From positions 1-50,434 of the forward strand of contig CBFIAW010000001.1 in the NCBI GenBank assembly GCA_965660655.1: DNA of 50,434 nt. The letters are read 5' to 3'. Source of the stretch: Candidatus Thalassarchaeaceae archaeon. GTDB lineage: Archaea > Thermoplasmatota > Poseidoniia > Poseidoniales > Thalassarchaeaceae. A program made the translations under genes and the position numbers. Below, in pieces: positions 48,318 to 50,434 of the stretch; position 1 is the first letter of the stretch; each line of letters opens with the position of its first letter. The notes beneath the pieces are model-generated. The model was not told the origin of the DNA, did not search any database, and saw only the letters and a list, made by a program, of their open reading frames with translations.

Positions 48318-49577
48318 TTAACTTCTGATTTCGAGATTGTACTCATCAAGGACTTCACTAAAAAGTTGGATATCCGAATCGAACGTCTCTGGAAGCAAAG
48401 GTCCGAAGGAAAAGCGGAAGAAGCGAGCATATGGTGTCACATACCCAGGGTCCTTTGAATGCGGTCGGGCCATATCGCATTCGGACGCGCAAAGTATCGC
48501 CGCACCTCGTTTGAAGAGCCTTCTGTTGAGTTCGTCGCTCGTCATTCCTTCAGGGAGCTCTAGCCAGTGGTAGAACCCACCGTCTCCAGTGTATACCCCC
48601 AGGCCCATGTCTTCGAATGCCTTTCTGTACCTTTCTCGTTGCCATTTGTAATGCTCTTCCACCGCCTTTCTGGCCTGCTTCACTCGTCCTGGCTCGAGAA
48701 GCTTGACGGCATAGAGTTGCGAAGGGTGACTCACCCCGCCCATTCCGAAGCTGGAGTAGTTGGACAGAGTCCCTATGTTCTTCTTGCTGGCGATGACCCA
48801 CCCAACGCGAATGCCAGGGGATTGAAGCCCCTTTGTACAGGCTCCAGCGATGAATACGTTGCTGCTATCCAGATCCCGCACGAATTGGATGCCACTTACT
48901 GAAGGAGAATGGAACATCTCGTACGCCTCATCAAGCAGAATTCCGTTTTTTGGCTGCTCTGCCATCTGGATCAGATCCTTGAGCTCATCCCCCCAACGCG
49001 TCTGTCCAGATGGGTTCTGTGGATTGGATATGATGGGCATTAGACGAGTCTCGGCGTTGAGGCCTGAACGGTCGAAGTACTCGTCGTTACTGGGATGGAA
49101 GTTGTTCTCCTTGGTGAAAGGCACGACCTGAAAGTTGGTATCCGTCTGCTCCATGATATCCAGATAAGCCGGCCACTCTATGTTCCCGATCCTCGCCTGA
49201 ACGTTCTCCTTCAGGAACGCCAGCACCGAGTAGATTCCAGGCCTGCCCCCAGCGAACACCATGACGTTCTCAGGGGTAATCCCGGAACCGTATTGGGAGT
49301 TGTAGTACCCTGCAATCGCATCGCGCAACTCCGGATGCCCCCATGCCTTGGGGTAGAAGCGGTCCTCCCACGTCACATCGATGCTATCGGGTAACGGAGG
49401 GCCGTCGAAATCCTCCAGAGGCGTCGTCAGGGGGAATCCCTGTGACCACGGATGCGTGCCCTCGGTGCCCATGAAGCTCCCGAACGAGTCCCTGAAAGCG
49501 TACAATGTCTCGTAGATTCCCATGGGCGGGCAGTTGTCAGATAGGAAGGACTCCACATCCCCCTCATGCTCTGCCAT
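48318..49577 (-). CDS. PLP-dependent aminotransferase, class I/II
   Basis: 419-aa ORF with SNPQNPSG (NPxNPxG), LDEAY, and the Lys motif ACTKGLQSPGIRVGW (SxxKxxxxxGxRxG). Confidence 0.85.
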   Translation of the reverse strand: MAEHEGDVESFLSDNCPPMGIYETLYAFRDSFGSFMGTEGTHPWSQGFPLTTPLEDFDGPPLPDSIDVTWEDRFYPKAWGHPELRDAIAGYYNSQYGSGITPENVMVFAGGRPGIYSVLAFLKENVQARIGNIEWPAYLDIMEQTDTNFQVVPFTKENNFHPSNDEYFDRSGLNAETRLMPIISNPQNPSGQTRWGDELKDLIQMAEQPKNGILLDEAYEMFHSPSVSGIQFVRDLDSSNVFIAGACTKGLQSPGIRVGWVIASKKNIGTLSNYSSFGMGGVSHPSQLYAVKLLEPGRVKQARKAVEEHYKWQRERYRKAFEDMGLGVYTGDGGFYHWLELPEGMTSDELNRRLFKRGAAILCASECDMARPHSKDPGYVTPYARFFRFSFGPLLPETFDSDIQLFSEVLDEYNLEIRS

Positions 49578-49677
49578 GCCTCTACGTGAGGCATGTCACA
49601 AATTAGTTTGACCATATGGTACCGAAAACTGGCACTTCCGAAAAAACCGTTAATACAGCCATTCTTCTTCGGCAACC

Positions 49678-50434
49678 ATGAGCACCCAGTATGAACCCAA
49701 AAGAACCCTTGCGCTAGTCCTAACTTTACTGTTCCTAGGAATGTCCATGTCCATGGGATTTCAATCCGAAAATAGAGAGGAAATAGACGACAAAATTGTC
49801 TCCGCGAATACCCACTCTGGCCTCAACTTCCCAGGCTCAACCGTAGGGTCGATACATTCCCTGACTGCAATTGGAGCAGCGTTTAACTACACCTGTGTGG
49901 TTATGGACAATAATCAGATGAAATGCTGGGGTAGAGACTCAGGCTCGGGATACTTGGGGAACGGAGGTTCGAATCAGAACGAACACACTCCAGTCAGCGT
50001 CAACCAAGTTGACTCAGCCTCGTGCTGCCTCACTGACATCATTGAGACGAGTCCTGGCGGTCATCATACAGCTGCCCTAACGTTAAACGGCTCGACGTTT
50101 GTCTGGGGCGAGGACAGCAATGGTCAGATCGGCCATAACCACATTAGTTGCGGCGGCTCATGCTCCGCTCCACATGGCCCTTCTTTCATGCCCGGAAGTA
50201 GGACTTTCATCACTGTGGTCACCGGTCTTCATCACACTTGTGCTATAACGGAACCAGATATGGCCGTATGGTGCTGGGGGGACAACTCGAAAGGTCAGCT
50301 AGGAACCGGTGACAACGATAGAAGAACCGCCCCGACTGAAATCGAACTCCCTACGGGTCGGCATGCGGTATCGGTAAGTGCCGATTTCGACTCTACCTGC
50401 GTCATCCTCGACAATGGCAGCGGGATGTGCTGGG
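49678..50434 (+). CDS. Secreted or membrane-anchored RCC1-repeat (beta-propeller) protein, truncated by the right window edge
   Basis: Not in the ORF track because it has no in-window stop. ATG 49678: MSTQYEPKRTLALVLTLLFLGMSMSMGF, then repeated RCC1-like blades: YTCVVMDNNQMKCWGRDSGSGYLGNGG, HTAALTLNGSTFVWGEDSNGQIGHN, HTCAITEPDMAVWCWGDNSKGQLGTGD, STCVILDNGSGMCW. Confidence 0.75.
   Translation, partial: MSTQYEPKRTLALVLTLLFLGMSMSMGFQSENREEIDDKIVSANTHSGLNFPGSTVGSIHSLTAIGAAFNYTCVVMDNNQMKCWGRDSGSGYLGNGGSNQNEHTPVSVNQVDSASCCLTDIIETSPGGHHTAALTLNGSTFVWGEDSNGQIGHNHISCGGSCSAPHGPSFMPGSRTFITVVTGLHHTCAITEPDMAVWCWGDNSKGQLGTGDNDRRTAPTEIELPTGRHAVSVSADFDSTCVILDNGSGMCW

Noticed and set aside
49611-49620. Perfect 10-bp palindrome ACCATATGGT in the divergent aminotransferase/RCC1 intergenic region as an operator. 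A similar case is ATGAGG-GG-CCTCAT at 19039-19052.
   Set aside because: About 50,000/4^5, roughly 49, perfect 10-bp palindromes are expected by chance in a window this size. A single occurrence with no second site carries no weight.

Overview
This is a dense (about 95% coding), roughly 55% G+C archaeal chromosomal segment. Archaeal hallmarks are the rpl18e-rpl13-rps9-rpoN-tRNA-Pro cluster, MCM helicase, GatE, Pth2, Trm1, two PAC2 proteasome-assembly-chaperone paralogues and three lipoproteins with an identical LAGC lipobox. Several bacterial-type genes are embedded: NAD-dependent LigA, a DEDDh exonuclease, RlmH and an NfuA-like protein. From gene content alone I guess a planktonic euryarchaeote of the Marine Group II / Thermoplasmatota kind; this is inference only. 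I found no rRNA, CRISPR array, transposase, integrase or prophage. Six things deserve a second look. (1) A 2,645-aa membrane-anchored giant surface protein has about 30 thrombospondin-type-3-like Ca-binding repeats, a sequon-rich beta-sandwich region and a cytoplasmic DUF4129-like tail. (2) A near-consensus origin-recognition-box (ORB)-like element lies directly upstream of mcm. (3) A Liv-type ABC transporter is built from a 1,072-aa three-module binding lipoprotein (one module apparently circularly permuted) and a 1,303-aa fused LivH-LivM permease with a low-GC linker; a perfect 14-bp hairpin separates the two genes. (4) Two paralogous coiled-coil proteins end in the same roughly 80-aa helix-hairpin-helix-like module, and one of them is fused to an esterase. 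(5) LigA, an iron-staple nuclease and a DEDDh exonuclease lie within about 4.7 kb of each other. (6) G+C drops abruptly to about 30% at the left edge, over a membrane-protein gene missing from the ORF track. Gene packing is extreme: seven convergent pairs abut or overlap at their stop codons. At several junctions a Shine-Dalgarno motif is fused to the upstream stop codon. Most long antisense or alternate-frame ORFs in the track are composition artefacts.
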